A stretch of DNA of 63,979 nt, counting the filler, from Octopus bimaculoides (taxonomy: Eukaryota), in the NCBI RefSeq assembly GCF_001194135.2. It is 9 parts of 6 records of this genome, joined end to end, with 100 filler letters (N's around TTAATTAATTAA, not from the genome) between each part and the next. Parts side by side here need not be neighbours in the genome. Positions count along the whole stretch, not along the records: positions 13,040 to 28,650 come from NC_068986.1; positions 28,751 to 34,935 come from NC_068987.1; positions 35,036 to 52,861 come from NC_068982.1; 6 more parts are not named here. The stretch is one strand, 5' to 3'. The notes beneath the pieces were generated by a model. It was given only the letters and a program-made list of their open reading frames with translations. It was not told the origin of the DNA and ran no database searches. How positions within the stretch are numbered: position 1 is the stretch's first letter; each line of letters begins with the position of its first letter. Positions 24,815 to 37,754 of this stretch are shown here, one piece after another. Both the position numbers and the translations under genes were made by a program.

Positions 24815-26263
24815 TACACACAGGTACACACATAGATACAAACAGACACACACACACATACACATATACGGGAATGTTATGAAAATTAATACATTTTTAC
24901 CTTACATTTTAAAATTCATCGCAGTGTGTGTTGGCTTTTGTATGATTTGTCTACTTAGACTTTGAATTAAAAACCTAAAGTAAGACTTGAAACGTTGCTA
25001 GCTACATCGGACTATTTTTACAAGAGCTGTCTTAGTGAGATTTTCCATTAGCAGATTGAATCTCTTGCATCTCTCATACTTCGTGACTTCGCACGCATGT
25101 ACTTATATATATATATATTTGTGGCTTGCTTGTTTGTTGTACCTTGTTTATCATTTTGTCCATGTTCTTTTGCCACGTCATGTACCCAGTTATGTATCTA
25201 TATGTACATGTAGATGAAGGTATGTACATACATGTACATATATATGCATATACTCATATGTATATGCATGTATGTATATGCATGTATGTATATATNNNNN
25301 NNNNNNNNNNNNNNNNNNNNNNNNNNNNNNNNNNNNNNNNNNNNNNNNNNNNNNNNNNNNNNNNNNNNNNNNNNNNNNNNNNNNNNNNNNNNNNNNNNNN
25401 NNNNNNNNNNNNNNNNNNNNNNNNNNNNNNNNNNNNNNNNNNNNNNNNNNNNNNNNNNNNNNNNNNNNNNNNNNNNNNNNNNNNNNNNNNNNNNNNNNNN
25501 NNNNNNNNNNNNNNNNNNNNNNNNNNNNNNNNNNNNNNNNNNNNNNNNNNNNNNNNNNNNNNNNNNNNNNNNNNNNNNNNNNNNNNNNNNNNNNNNNNNN
25601 NNNNNNNNNNNNNNNNNNNNNNNNNNNNNNNNNNNNNNNNNNNNNNNNNNNNNNNNNNNNNNNNNNNNNNNNNNNNNNNNNNNNNNNNNNNNNNNNNNNN
25701 NNNNNNNNNNNNNNNNNNNNNNNNNNNNNNNNNNNNNNNNNNNNNNNNNNNNNNNNNNNNNNNNNNNNNNNNNNNNNNNNNNNNNNNNNNNNNNNNNNNN
25801 NNNNNNNNNNNNNNNNNNNNNNNNNNNNNNNNNNNNNNNNNNNNNNNNNNNNNNNNNNNNNNNNNNNNNNNNNNNNNNNNNNNNNNNNNNNNNNNNNNNN
25901 NNNNNNNNNNNNNNNNNNNNNNNNNNNNNNNNNNNNNNNNNNNNNNNNNNNNNNNNNNNNNNNNNNNNNNNNNNNNNNNNNNNNNNNNNNNNNNNNNNNN
26001 NNNNNNNNNNNNNNNNNNNNNNNNNNNNNNNNNNNNNNNNNNNNNNNNNNNNNNNNNNNNNNNNNNNNNNNNNNNNNNNNNNNNNNNNNNNNNNNNNNNN
26101 NNNNNNNNNNNNNNNNNNNNNNNNNNNNNNNNNNNNNNNNNNNNNNNNNNNNNNNNNNNNNNNNNNNNNNNNNNNNNNNNNNNNNNNNNNNNNNNNNNNN
26201 NNNNNNNNNNNNNNNNNNNNNNNNNNNNNNNNNNNNNNNNNNNNNNNNNNNNNNNNNNNNNNN

Positions 26264-26313
<50 letters not shown>

Positions 26314-27598
26314 TCATATATATATATATGCATATATATGTATATTTTTTATATGTGTCTGTGCATGTGTGTGTTTGTACGTACGTTTGTATATATGGAT
26401 ACATATACTGTAGAATTGTGTATGTATATATGTTACACATGCAAGTATGCAGAATGTATATTATGAATAAGTGTATGCATGTAACTGTATTTGTGTATGT
26501 ATGTATGTATGTATGTATGTATGTATGTATGTATGTGCGTATGTGTGGATGTATGGATACATTTTGTTTTTACCTTTTCACTCTTGGAATTGCGGGCATG
26601 TTTTCAGGTGTCTGTACATGTAGGCTTATATGTATGTTCAAAACGCAATGTATTATGTGTGGGTTTACATTTGTGTGTCTATCCTTGTAGGTATCTGTGT
26701 GTATGTATATGTATTTACCTCAATAACAATCCTGCAAAATGCTCAAACCATCAGCTCAATTTTTCAATGCACGAAAATGGAACATCCCATCTACTGAAGG
26801 CTGAGCTGCCGATCTGCCAAATCTAATCTCTTTCTCAACCCTAACAGAGATCCACCTAAAAAAACATTTACATATATGTTCAGGACAAAAGAATTTTACC
26901 ACCATTTGTAGGGATTGTGTAAGCAGAAGAAAGGAGCTATTTTCCTCCACGATACCCTTATTACAGTACGCATTTTACAATGTCAACTGCAAATCAGTGC
27001 CCATATTCAACAAAACCAATGACCTGCAAATAACTGGGCTCTGTAGATCTCCTCAAGCATCTATACTTCCAAGAGTGTCTCTAACAAATAAAAAGTTCAT
27101 CCAATAATGCAAATCTAGCACCATATTAATGATGGGTGACTTCAACCTTCCCTTTGTGGACTGGTCTTTGAATATCCTGAAACGAAGATCTTGAATTTCA
27201 GCCTAGGAGAATGCAGCAATGGAGACACTTTTCAATTTTATGAAAGACGCTTTTCGTCTATTAATTTGTGATTAAGTCAAGTGTTTTGGACGTAATATTG
27301 AGCGACTACAGGAGCATTTGTAATGTCACAGTTGAAAAAACCCTCTTGTCAGACCATGATATTAATACTTTTGTAGCCTTGTCTTTCGACATTCTAAAAT
27401 GAAACCAAAATTACTGACTAAAATGTACCCGTTTGACAACATGGCTATACATGAGACAAGCGGAAGTGCGGTTATATGTTAGCAAAAGCTTGTTTGCTGA
27501 TTCTTTACTCTCAGTTCCACCGAAATAAAAGTAGCTTGGCAGCTATGTGACGACGCTGTCACCTATGTGTTAACCCCACCCCAACACAAGTTTAATAT

Positions 27599-27811
27599 TG
27601 GTTTCAAATTTTAAGACTAGGCCAGCAATTTCGGGGGATGGGGTAAGTCGATTACATCGACCCCAGTATTTAAGTGGTATTTATTTCATTCACTCCGAAA
27701 GGATAAAAGGCAAAGTCGACCCCGGCAGCATTTAAACTCAGAACGTAAAGAGGTACGAAATACTACTAAGCATTTTACCCGGCGTGCTAACGATTTTGCC
27801 ATTTTGCCGCC
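27599..27811 (-). mobile_element. SINE family B (B2), full length
   Basis: TSD aca(a/g)gtttaatat at 27586-27598 and 27818-27830. Confidence 0.85.
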
Positions 27812-27842
27812 TAAAGAACAGGTTTAATATCAAAAAATTAAA

Positions 27843-28064
27843 GGCGGCGAGCTGGCAGGATCGTTAGCATGCCCGGCAAAATGCTCAGCGGTACTTCGTC
27901 CGTCTTTACGTTCTGAGTTCCAAATCCACCGAGGTCAACTATTCCTTTCGTCATTTCGGAGTCGATAAAATAAGTACCAGTTCATCACTGGTGTCGATAT
28001 AATTGAATATTACCCCTACTCCGAATTTGCTGGAATTGTGCCAAAATTTGAAACCAATATTAAT
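27843..28064 (+). mobile_element. SINE family B (B2), full length
   Basis: Head ggcggcgagctggcaggatcgttagc; TSD aaaattaaa at 27834-27842 and 28065-28073. Confidence 0.85.
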
Positions 28065-28783
28065 AAAATTAAACCCAATCAGCAGTTGTTCCTGACAAAT
28101 GCCAGGAAGGAATTCAGACATCAATTTGCATCACCTAATGGAATCCACTTGACTTAGGCTTTATTCCTGGATACCTATTACAGTTTGTCATCCCTATTTT
28201 TTAAAAAGTTAAATATGTCCCTCGTAATGAATTACCGTTTAACCTCACCAATCACTCATACCATTAAAGTATTTGAGATAATGGTGAGATAAAATTTATC
28301 TACCATCTTTGAGAAAATCACAACCAGTTTGGTTTTCGTGGTAGCTCAGACTGCATAGCAGCTTCTCTACTAGTTTGATGTTACTCTAAATACCCTGGGA
28401 GAAGGCTGTAACACAAATGTCATTTATCTTAGCGTCAGTAAGCTTTCGACAGGTGTCAACTAAATTTTGCTGAAGAAATTATCCAGCTTTGAGCCAGTGG
28501 TAAGCTATTGCAGTATGGTTTCATGATAAACGGAACCCATCATATTTTGATCGATGGAATTGATTCAAGACCAGCAGAAGACAATACTGTTGTCCCCCAG
28601 AGTGCAGTGTTAGGCCCATTTCTGTTTACACAGACACACACACACACACANNNNNNNNNNNNNNNNNNNNNNNNNNNNNNNNNNNNNNNNNNNNTTAATT
28701 AATTAANNNNNNNNNNNNNNNNNNNNNNNNNNNNNNNNNNNNNNNNNNNNATATATATATATATATATATATAGATAGATGTA

Positions 28784-29657
28784 CTAGGGTGGACAGAAAA
28801 GTTCATAGGCTAAGAAAAAGCGATGCTAGAGCTGTGAAATCTTGCATGCATTAATTTCAGCCCTTCTTATTAATAACTGCATTACTTCTTTTGGGGGGTA
28901 ACTTGAAATTTGACTGTTTAAAGAAAACTTCAAAAGTAACTAGGAGCGACTTGTGCAAAAAGTGAGCAGCTGAATTTAGGAGGGCAAGGGAAAATTTTGA
29001 AGATGACCCAGGGTCTGGTCGTCCTGCAACTGACTACCACTACCGAAGAAAACATTGATCGTGTTCATCACATGGTGGTGGATAACATGCGATTGGCTAT
29101 AAATCAAACAGCCAATGCCATTAGCATCTCCCGTGAGAGAGATGAGAATATTCTGCGCAATGAACTTGGCATGACGAAGGTTTCTGCTCGGTGGATGTCA
29201 CGTCTTCCGACACCTAATCAAAAGCCCAGGGAAAGTGACAAAAGGGCTTTTGTTTCATCAGGAAAATGTTTCAGCAAGCAAGTCCTTAGTTTCAATGGCT
29301 GCTGTGTGTGATTATGGCTTTGAACTGGTTGATCAGTTTCCCTATTCTCCTGATTTGACTCCATCTGTTCCCCAAAATGAAAAAAATAAATAAATAGATA
29401 AATAAATTAAAATAAAACCCCCAAAGCACTTGGCTGGGAACGAATATAGCAGTTATAACGAAGTCATATCTGCTGTTCATGACTTTAACCAACAGGATGA
29501 AAGCTTCTTCACCAATGGGATCCAAGCACTGCAACATCAATGTCGAATGGAAGAAATGTGTGGACCGCAAGGGGAACTATGTTGAGAAATAAACCTTATT
29601 TGGTCACATTCCATGAGTGTATGTTGGTCAGCCTATGAACTCTTCATCCGCCCCTCG
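28784..29657 (+). mobile_element. Internally deleted mariner (874 bp)
   Basis: TIRs ctagggtggacagaaaagttcataggct / agcctatgaactcttcatccgcccctcg, TA-flanked; EENIDRVHHMV...ELGMTKVSARW, then jumps to the GFELV..YSPDLTPS C-terminal part. Confidence 0.9.
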
Positions 29658-29808
29658 TATATATATATATATATATATGCACACGCGCGCGTACACACAC
29701 ACACACACACTCACTGTCTGTCTGTCTGTCTGTCTGTCTGTCTTTCTCTCTCTCTCTCATACATACATACATACATACATACATACATGCATGCATACAT
29801 ACATACAT

Positions 29809-29899
29809 ATTGAACTTCCAACGAAGGAGCCTTGGATCTAGGTCAGAAACCGGCTCCTTCTCTATTGGCAAGAAATCTTGAAATAAAACTGAATAATGA
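29809..29899 (+). mobile_element. Short retroelement-like 3' end embedded in (CATA)n
   Basis: 9-bp stem gaaggagcc/ggctccttc, aataaa, (CATA)n on both sides. Confidence 0.45.
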
Positions 29900-29998
29900 C
29901 ATACATACATAGATACATACATACAGAGAGAGAACGGGTAGAAAGAGGAGGAGAGAGAGTGAGAGAGGGGAGAAAGAGAGTGAGAGAGAGAGAGAGAG

Positions 29999-30047
<49 letters not shown>

Positions 30048-30602
30048 GAGACTGATATAGATATATATAATGTGGGTATATGATAAATTTAAAGTATCAA
30101 AACTTTAGCTTTTAAAGTCTTCATTGTGAATCTACAAAATTACATAAATATCGTTTGTTATGTATATTTGAATATATATATATACACATGTTTGTATAAA
30201 CATATATTCTTACATACAATAGAAACATAGCTGTATAGTTTAGAACTTTGCATTGTAACTACAAGCATTTGGGCTTGTTCTCTCAATGTGGTATCGTGCG
30301 CAAGTACCTTTTATTAAAGCTTCAGGTTGGGCAATGCTGTGCGAATGAAATGGTTGATGGAAAACTGCATAAAAGCTTATCATACCCCACCTCTCTCTCT
30401 GTGTATACATTCATACATACATCCATACATACATGCTGATAGCTGTATAAACGATTGAAAATGGAACTCAAATACTCCAACATGTTGTTTGAAGTTTCGA
30501 AGACGCAGAGATAACTGCCGATGTCGTCAGATGTTCTGGATCTGAGTTAGTCATGAAATCTCTTCGAAGTCACAATATTTAAGGCTTCCATTGAGCAGTT
30601 CA

Positions 30603-30925
30603 AAGGAGCACTCCGTCGCTTACGACGACGAGGGTCCCAGCTGATACGATCAACGGAACAGCCTGCTCGTGAAATTAACGTGCAAGTGACTGAGCAATCC
30701 ACAGACACGTGTATCCCTAACATAGTTCTCAGGGAGATTCAGCGTGACACAGAGTGTGACAAGGCCGGCCCTTTGAAATACAGGTACTCATTTTTGCCAG
30801 CTGAGTGGACTGGAGCAACGTGAAATAAAGTGTCTTGCTCAAGGACACAACGCGTCGCCGGGAACTGAACTCACAACCTTACGATCGTGAGCCGAATGCC
30901 CTAACCACTAATCCACGCGCCTTCA
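30603..30925 (-). mobile_element. tRNA-derived SINE with CORE-like central domain and family C tail
   Basis: Minus head tgaaggcgcgtggattagtggttagggcattcggctc..gtgtccttgagcaagacacttt; imperfect 12-bp TSD ttgagcagttca/ctgatcagttca. Confidence 0.85.
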
Positions 30926-31329
30926 CTGATCAGTTCATATTGCGTGGATGAATTGTTGGAATTGCTATCTCTGATAATTCCTCGTAGTATAGGAGATAAT
31001 GTAGTGACCTCCTACTTGGCCTCTAGTGAGATTTGACACTGCAGTGATGATAGATAACAATGGAAAGGAATGTCCATACTGTTCTAAATGGCGGTTGGAC
31101 TGATGGTGTCATGTTACATATCAATATTTCTGCAACACCACTGGGACACTTAGTGCTGTGTCATGCTTAGCTGTGTGATGCATTCATAGCTGAGCATTAG
31201 CGCTGGTAGACTGCGCTAGTCGTATGAGAGAGAGGTTAATCTTACTATAGGCAGGTTTAGAGATTATTTACTCAGCAGCTGTGTATTGTTCAACTAAAAT
31301 AAACAACCTTTCTGGTGACTAATTCGACA

Positions 31330-32340
31330 GGTCATTTCATTTATAGATTATTTCATTGATGGCAACTATACGATGGCTTAGTTTTCTTGTTAATGGATAC
31401 TGCAGTTGTTGCAGTATGTGCACTTTCTCACGGAAACAGAGTTGACAATTACAAGGTTCAGGTGAATTAGAGGAAGCAGTGTGAAGGACAGTCCATGTGT
31501 TGAGGAGAAATAGCTTCATCAGTCCCAGAGTTTCCAGACGAAGCGGGGTCGAGAAGTAAAGATTTTCCTCTTCTTGCATTCAAAAGGGTGCGAATGTTGT
31601 CTTAAACTTCCTTTGAAATCATTGGCTGTAAGATCCGTGTAGTTCCTCTGGGAGCATCGGATGAGGTGTTGATAGCTCTATAAACCGGAGCCTTTGAGAG
31701 GTAGTATCCTCTAATGAGCAGCTGGTGGTATTTAGGCAGTGACAGGCTGGAGTATGAAAAAGAGTCGGTGGATATGTAATTTTCCTTTTGTTGTGTGCGA
31801 TTTTGGACGCGATATTACCTAAGCATGACTAGCTCACTTGACATATAAGCATCAAAGAGTATGTGATAATAATGGGTTTATAGGAAATGTCTAATTCGGG
31901 ACAGGAAGTCTCTAGTTATTTTTATGGAAACACCTAGATTAAACAGAGGATTGAGCCACATTACTTTTCAATTTCTAACTCTCTTTTGGTGGTTTTTGGG
32001 TGGGCTGAAGGTTTCTTATCACACACAAACCTCACAGTGAAGCCACTCTTCGCTAGCGTACTGTTATAGTAGAGTGCAGTCCTGTCAAACAGCTCTCTAT
32101 TGGTTGATAAATAGAAATTTTCCTTCTGAAGCCTATGGTTATATTTTTAATAACAGCCAAGGTTGTTTAGAGTCCTTATGGATGTAAGCAATTAACTCAT
32201 TGGGCTTTCTGTGGAGGTACTATTTAGAGTGGTTTTTCAAGTGTAGCGTGACGTTCGGGAAGTTGACCTTGGTTTAGTTGGTGGTAGTAGTTATACTTAT
32301 GCTGAAAACTTCGCTGTAAGATTTTTCTGAACTTATTCAA
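31330..32340 (-). mobile_element. Penelope-like element, RT thumb plus GIY-YIG, decayed
   Basis: Minus strand KVNFPNVTLHL..RKPNELIAYIHKDS, LAKSGF, VMWLNP, CHCLNTTSC, WTVLHTASSNSPEPCNCQLCFREKVHIL. Confidence 0.85.
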
Positions 32341-32412
32341 GGCATGACTGTTCATACTGCTTAAGATTGTTTAAGTGTTTCCCCTCTCTCTCTCTTCCGC
32401 CGTGTGTGTGTT

Positions 32413-32445
<33 letters not shown>

Positions 32446-32695
32446 CTATATATATATATGTATGTGTATAATATACACATGCATGTGTTATATATACATG
32501 TATATATNNNNNNNNNNNNNNNNNNNNNNNNNNNNNNNNNNNNNNNNNNNNNNNNNNNNNNNNNNNNNNNNNNNNNNNNNNNNNNNNNNNNNNNNNNNNN
32601 NNNNNNNNNNNNNNNNNNNNNNNNNNNNNNNNNNNNNNNNNNNNNNNNNNNNNNNNNNNNNNNNNNNNNNNNNNTATATATATATATATATATAT

Positions 32696-32830
32696 GGGGT
32701 ACCCAAAAGTAACCGGAAACGTTCTCTCTGGGACAAACTCATTGTAGTTTAGGCTTCCGCCGCTAGAAGCCTCTTGATACGATCCCCAGGCATCAGTCTG
32801 CCGACTGGCGTCGTCTGCTAGGTTTGTACA
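32696..32830 (+). mobile_element. Mariner-like terminal fragment
   Basis: ta-tggggtacccaaaagtaaccggaa resembles mariner TIR starts; no partner end seen. Confidence 0.4.
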
Positions 32831-32944
32831 CCCCCCCCCCACTAAAAAAAAACTCAAAGCATAAAACAAAATAAAAACGTCACAAAAAACAAACAAGAGA
32901 CAGAGACAGGCAAGGGAACAACAAACAAGGTGCATTAGTTTGAC

Positions 32945-33060
32945 GCTCTTGAAAAATGGAAGAGTCTTTGGCGTTTCGAGTCTTCGCTCTTCTACAAAAA
33001 AGAATGAGGAGAGAAAACAGATGGAGAGAGGAAAAAAAGGAGGGAAGAAAGGTGTTCGGA
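32945..33060 (-). repeat. Hammerhead-scaffold short repeat, degenerate copy
   Basis: Minus strand tctttt TTGTAGA A GAGC gaag ACTC GAAA C GCC aaaga (32965-33003). Confidence 0.6.
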
Positions 33061-33077
33061 TTAACGGCTGCAGATAG

Positions 33078-33550
33078 TACAGGCAGAGCTGTGTGGTTAG
33101 GAAGCTCGGATCCTAACTATAGTTTCGGGTTCAACCCTCAAGTGTTTTCTGCTACTGCTCCGGGCCTACCAAAGCCTTTTGAGTGGATTTGGTTGGCCAA
33201 ATCCATCGTATATATATATGTGTGTGTGCACGCGCGCGTGTATGTTTATGTATGTTCTTGCATAGGTGTGAATGCGCGCATGTGTGTGTTAGTATCTTCT
33301 TGTTTTGACATCGTGCCATAGTTATAAATGAGTGCAACCGTCAAACAAGTAGCGCCATCTATTTTCCAATATTCTTCGAAAAAATGGCTGGCCATGGGGA
33401 AATATTACTTCGCTTGGAAACAAATGAGGATTGGCGACAGGAAGGGCATCCAACCGTAGAAATTTTGCCTCAATAAACTCCGGTCGACTCATGCAAGCAT
33501 AGAAAAATGGGCGTTAAACCGATGATGATGATGTTGATGATGGGGATGAG
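33078..33550 (+). mobile_element. SINE with family A head and (GAT)n-ending family D tail
   Basis: ggctgtgtgg..ctaccaaagccttttgagtggatttgg head; gaagggcatcc..gggcgttaaaccgatgatgat tail. Confidence 0.7.
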
Positions 33551-33962
33551 GTTGATGATGATGATAATGATGATACACACATACTCACACGCACCCAAGC
33601 ATATATACATAAATTGTTACAAAGATATAATAGCCATGCAGACATAGTGGCGAAGATATAGAGAGAGACAGGCAGTAATGTAGATGTATAAATTGAACGA
33701 TGTTAGTTGTTATTATCACAATGAAAAGTGAATTGACGAAGCATAAAGAGACAAATATGACAGATATGAGTCGAAACGAAGAAGCACCTCATTAACACAC
33801 ATCTTAAGCGGCATCCTTCCCACATAAATGTGTATAAGAACGGGATGACTCACTCCTTTGTTACTTCCACTGAATAGCGATGGAGTGACTTACCAGTTTT
33901 GGTCTAACGAACATTGTTTTGGTTCTCAAAATGTGCGAATATTACACACACACGCACGCACG

Positions 33963-34050
<88 letters not shown>

Positions 34051-34611
34051 GAGTAATAAAGTCCATTACATGGTAGTTGGTTTTCTGTGTACGGTATTCC
34101 ATTATGAATTATGGACTAACAAATGTCATAGAGAACACTCTCAACTATGAGGTGGTGGATGTGAGTGACTAAGGAGGTAGAGCGTTTTCTAGAAAATGTT
34201 CGAGAAGGTGCTCAGATGTGTAAGAAATCAGCGTCTAAAATTGATCATTGCTCCAATGTAAATTCCAGTGGGTTCGTGTGGTGGTAACTACATTATAGTG
34301 TGAGCAATGGCACCCTTAGGTATTTTAAAGTTGCAAGTTTACTTATCGCAGGTTACGGGCAGTACACTATTAGTCACGTGGAAATAAGTGTAGTTAACGC
34401 TATTATTAGGCTTATGATTAAAACTATGAATTTTACCATCATCGTTATTAGCATTAAAATTGTTGGCATAATTATGATTATTCTTACAAGTCATACTGGT
34501 ACATATATTATTACAGTTGGCATTAATACTCTTTGCGCATAATTGCTCTTACTACATGTATTCACGCTACCGTTATTAATAGTAGTTTTAGCCCCAGTAT
34601 ATAGATATTTC

Positions 34612-34680
34612 TTTTTATTATAGGCACAAGGCCTGAAATTTGGGGGCGGGAGATAGTTGATTATATCGACCCCAGTACTG
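34612..34680 (-). mobile_element. SINE B3 tail fragment
   Basis: ttataggcacaaggcctgaaatttgggggc..atcgaccccagtac. Confidence 0.75.
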
Positions 34681-34744
34681 TGCGTGTGTGAATGTATGTA
34701 TGTATGTATATAACAGTAAATAACGTGTTTGCATATATATATAT

Positions 34745-34865
34745 AGGGAATTCACAAAAAAAAAAGACGAAGACAGGTGGTGTAGACAGCAAACAGATGT
34801 ATTAGTATAACGCTCGGGAAGTGAAAAAGTCTTTAACGTTTCGAGCCTACGCTCTTCCACATAAA

Positions 34866-34868
<3 letters not shown>
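34745..34868 (-). repeat. Hammerhead-scaffold short repeat (Penelope-end-like)
   Basis: Minus strand TCTTT ATGTGGA A GAGC gtag GCTC GAAA C GTT AAAGA (34830-34867); body homologous to 54745-54836 and 5190-5235. Confidence 0.7.
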
Positions 34869-34904
<36 letters not shown>

Positions 34905-34907
<3 letters not shown>

Positions 34908-35035
34908 TCTTTTATTCCTTTACTCTTTTACTTGTNNNNNNNNNNNNNNNNNNNNNNNNNNNNNNNNNNNNNNNNNNNNTTAATTAATTAANNNNNNNNN
35001 NNNNNNNNNNNNNNNNNNNNNNNNNNNNNNNNNNN

Positions 35036-35066
<31 letters not shown>

Positions 35067-35232
35067 TACGACGGGCTTCTTTCAGTTTCCGTCTACCAAA
35101 TCCACTCACAAGGCTTTGGTCGGCCCGAGGCTATAGAAGAAGACACCTGCCCAAGGTGCCACGCAGTGGGACTGAACCCGGAACCGTGTGGTTGGTAAGC
35201 AAGCTACTTACCACACAGCCTTTCCTGCGCCT
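34905..35232 (-). mobile_element. SINE family A spanning an assembly gap
   Basis: Tail ctcttttacttgt before the gap; near-consensus head 35050-35232. Confidence 0.85.
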
Positions 35233-35246
35233 AAAATTATTATATA

Positions 35247-36074
35247 TGTAAGAACGACCGTGCGAACCAAAGGAGAAATGGTGACGAATGGAAAACAGTA
35301 AGATTTATTGTAGCATTAAACTGTATGTCTGTGTGTGTATGAATGCGACATAATAAAACACAATATAAGACTGGCCGTCATGTAAAGAAAATAGTGTATG
35401 TGAATGTAAGAGTTACAGAGTATAGTTTAGAGTCAGTAACACGGATAAGGAAATACCAGTTCTGTTGAGGTACACAGTTAGATTGTAGGTCTGTATGTAA
35501 GAAGTTAAGGTTAAGGCAGAGCGGTCACTCGTCGTGATGTTGGGGCTTCTATGCCGGGCCGGATTCTTGAATACAGATGTTCTTCGCAGGCTGAGTTCGG
35601 GCTGTTAATTTCGTGGTGAGCAAATCACACAAACAAGGTTGAGAAGCTGCGGTGGCTGTTTGGTAGCTGTTGGTAGCTTGTGTACGTGTCGAAGTCATGT
35701 TGACGCTGGCGGCGATGCTGGTAGTCGTAGTTGAAGTGGTTGTTGATGTCGTCGCTGGAACTGGCTGGCTGGTTGGTGCTGTGTTACGCGTGTGTGGTCA
35801 AACGACCAGATCCTACAAGATCTGAGCCGCAACGAATTGACGGGTATCTAGCAGGCTATTTATAGATACAGATCGGCTCCAGAGAAGCATCAGAAGAACA
35901 CTCTCACGTGACCTTATTAGGGGCTACTGTTGGTCGATTTGCGTCCTAGGGTGAACGGCCTGGAGATAATTTACCCGCGCAAAGAATAGTCAGTCAGGTG
36001 ATGACAGGGAAAGAGTTGCTTTCTACTACGCTCGCCTGTTAATATATATACTAGTGAGAGAAGTGTTCACTACA
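35247..36074 (-). mobile_element. Probable solo LTR (828 bp)
   Basis: TGTA...TACA termini, tata on both flanks; minus-strand TATAAATA (35857-35864) upstream of AATAAA (~35307); GC-richer than the surroundings. Confidence 0.6.
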
Positions 36075-36089
36075 TATATATATATAAAA

Positions 36090-36290
36090 GCATCCACCTT
36101 TCCATGTTCACTTGCATCAGACGAATTTTTGTATGGTCAGATGCCTTTGCTGTTACCAACCTTCATCTATTTCCAGATAATATTTCGCCGTGCCCATTCA
36201 CGTTGACATGACCGATTGGAAATGAATACCTCTTGCATACCAGTGACACTTGCTTATTACCGTTGTCTCATGTCAAGGCAAGGAGACAGT
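36090..36290 (-). mobile_element. SINE family D tail/middle, decayed
   Basis: Homologous to 33290-33530 in the opposite orientation. Confidence 0.55.
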
Positions 36291-37754
36291 AAAACAAACG
36301 AACACACACACACACACACGCACACACACAATTGTGTGAATGTGTGTGCGCGCGCATATTTTAAAATTTAATTTCATATACATAGTTATATACATGTGTA
36401 TCTGAAAATGATAAACTAAATATAATTTATAATAAAATGTTGCAGTTTTATTTTGATTAAAATACCTTTTACTACAGTTCTCCTGCATTTGGCGTCTCTG
36501 ATTTTCACTCATTCACTTCTTCTAGCGTGACCAACGAGCTACACCATGCGTTTTATCACATGTAAGATATTTAAACACGAGAAGTTTCACTTTCGAAAGA
36601 TTGGATAAATAAATAAACACAGATTTATTTCGATTTGTCGTGCGCACTCTCTTCACACGCACGCACGGACACACACACACACACACATTCTCTCTCTCTC
36701 TCTCCCTTTCTCTTATATTATGGTTGACATGGGAGATAACTCTCTCAGCTATAAAGATGCCGGAAGTCTACGAAATTTTAGTCGCCACGTAATTAAATCT
36801 CATCACAAGAATCCAAGGGGGGAATATAAAACTCGACCGGCTTCTCACATTTGCCACTCACTATTTTATTACTCCACACTTCTGTTATCACTAAAACTTC
36901 TCAACGTTGATACATTCTATTCTCTTCGTCTCATTATTATCATCATCATTATCCCACCGACTCCACCACCATCATCACAGCAGACAAAACTTATCTCTCC
37001 GGACACTTAAAATTCAAAAACATTAAATCATTATTATTGACATTTGCCATTGGTAACATGGGAAGCAACTGTCAAACTTGGCAATGATTTTCACTACCAC
37101 TCCCAGCGAAATAAGAGTCACGACGATAGCTACGACCCCCACCAACTACAGCTATTAGTTTATTTATACCTGGACAGGTTTCGGATAGATATGTAACTAT
37201 GTTGTTCGTCTGATGAATTACGTCTCCGATAATCTCATTGAATCGTTATTGTAGATTCTTCTTCATTTTCTTATTTTCATAGACGGTAAGTAACATTACT
37301 GTTATTTAAATTTATCAAATACTCATTTTGTAATCAAAAGCTTTCATTCATATTTAGTAAAATGACATCACATCATAAAACAATGATTTATGGTTATTTG
37401 CTATTTTACATGTAATTCTGGTTTGATTAAAAAAAAAATTTAATATTTTTCTCACGTATTACGACGTACTAGCAGCATTTTTGATTTAAATGGATGAGAT
37501 GACATTATATTGATGCCACCACTACACAGAATATTTATTTCGTGTTTGTTTATAGTTCAAAGTTTTCCTCACGTGTACACGCACAAGCAACACTTCGCAC
37601 CGTGCGAGTACTTGACTTATCAATATACTTATTTACATCTATGTAGCAAATGTGTTTCTGCGCTTTTTGTAGTATTAGAAATTATAATCTACTAGTTTGG
37701 TTTCGAGACAGAAAGTAAAATAAAGAAAATAACGTATGTGTAATACATGTCTTA

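Larger units (their letters stand above)
26710..28630 (+). mobile_element. CR1-like LINE remnant (APE ~26710-27400, RT ~28080-28630) interrupted by two SINEs
   Basis: ILMMGDFNLPFVDW, LLSDHD, VIPIFKK, NQFGFR, NVIYL..SKxFDR, VPQSAVLGPFLF motifs in order, with many stops. Confidence 0.8.

Noticed and set aside
25126-26690. Long ORFs through N gaps and YI/HT/CV dipeptide ORFs throughout the window
   Set aside because: Artefacts of gaps and microsatellites.
36750-36767. TATAAAG followed by ETS-like CCGGAAGT
   Set aside because: Short motifs expected by chance; no downstream gene evidence.
37170-37255. Minus-strand GAAAC-ct-GTC with a degenerate upstream core
   Set aside because: The core reads CAATGAG and stem I does not pair.
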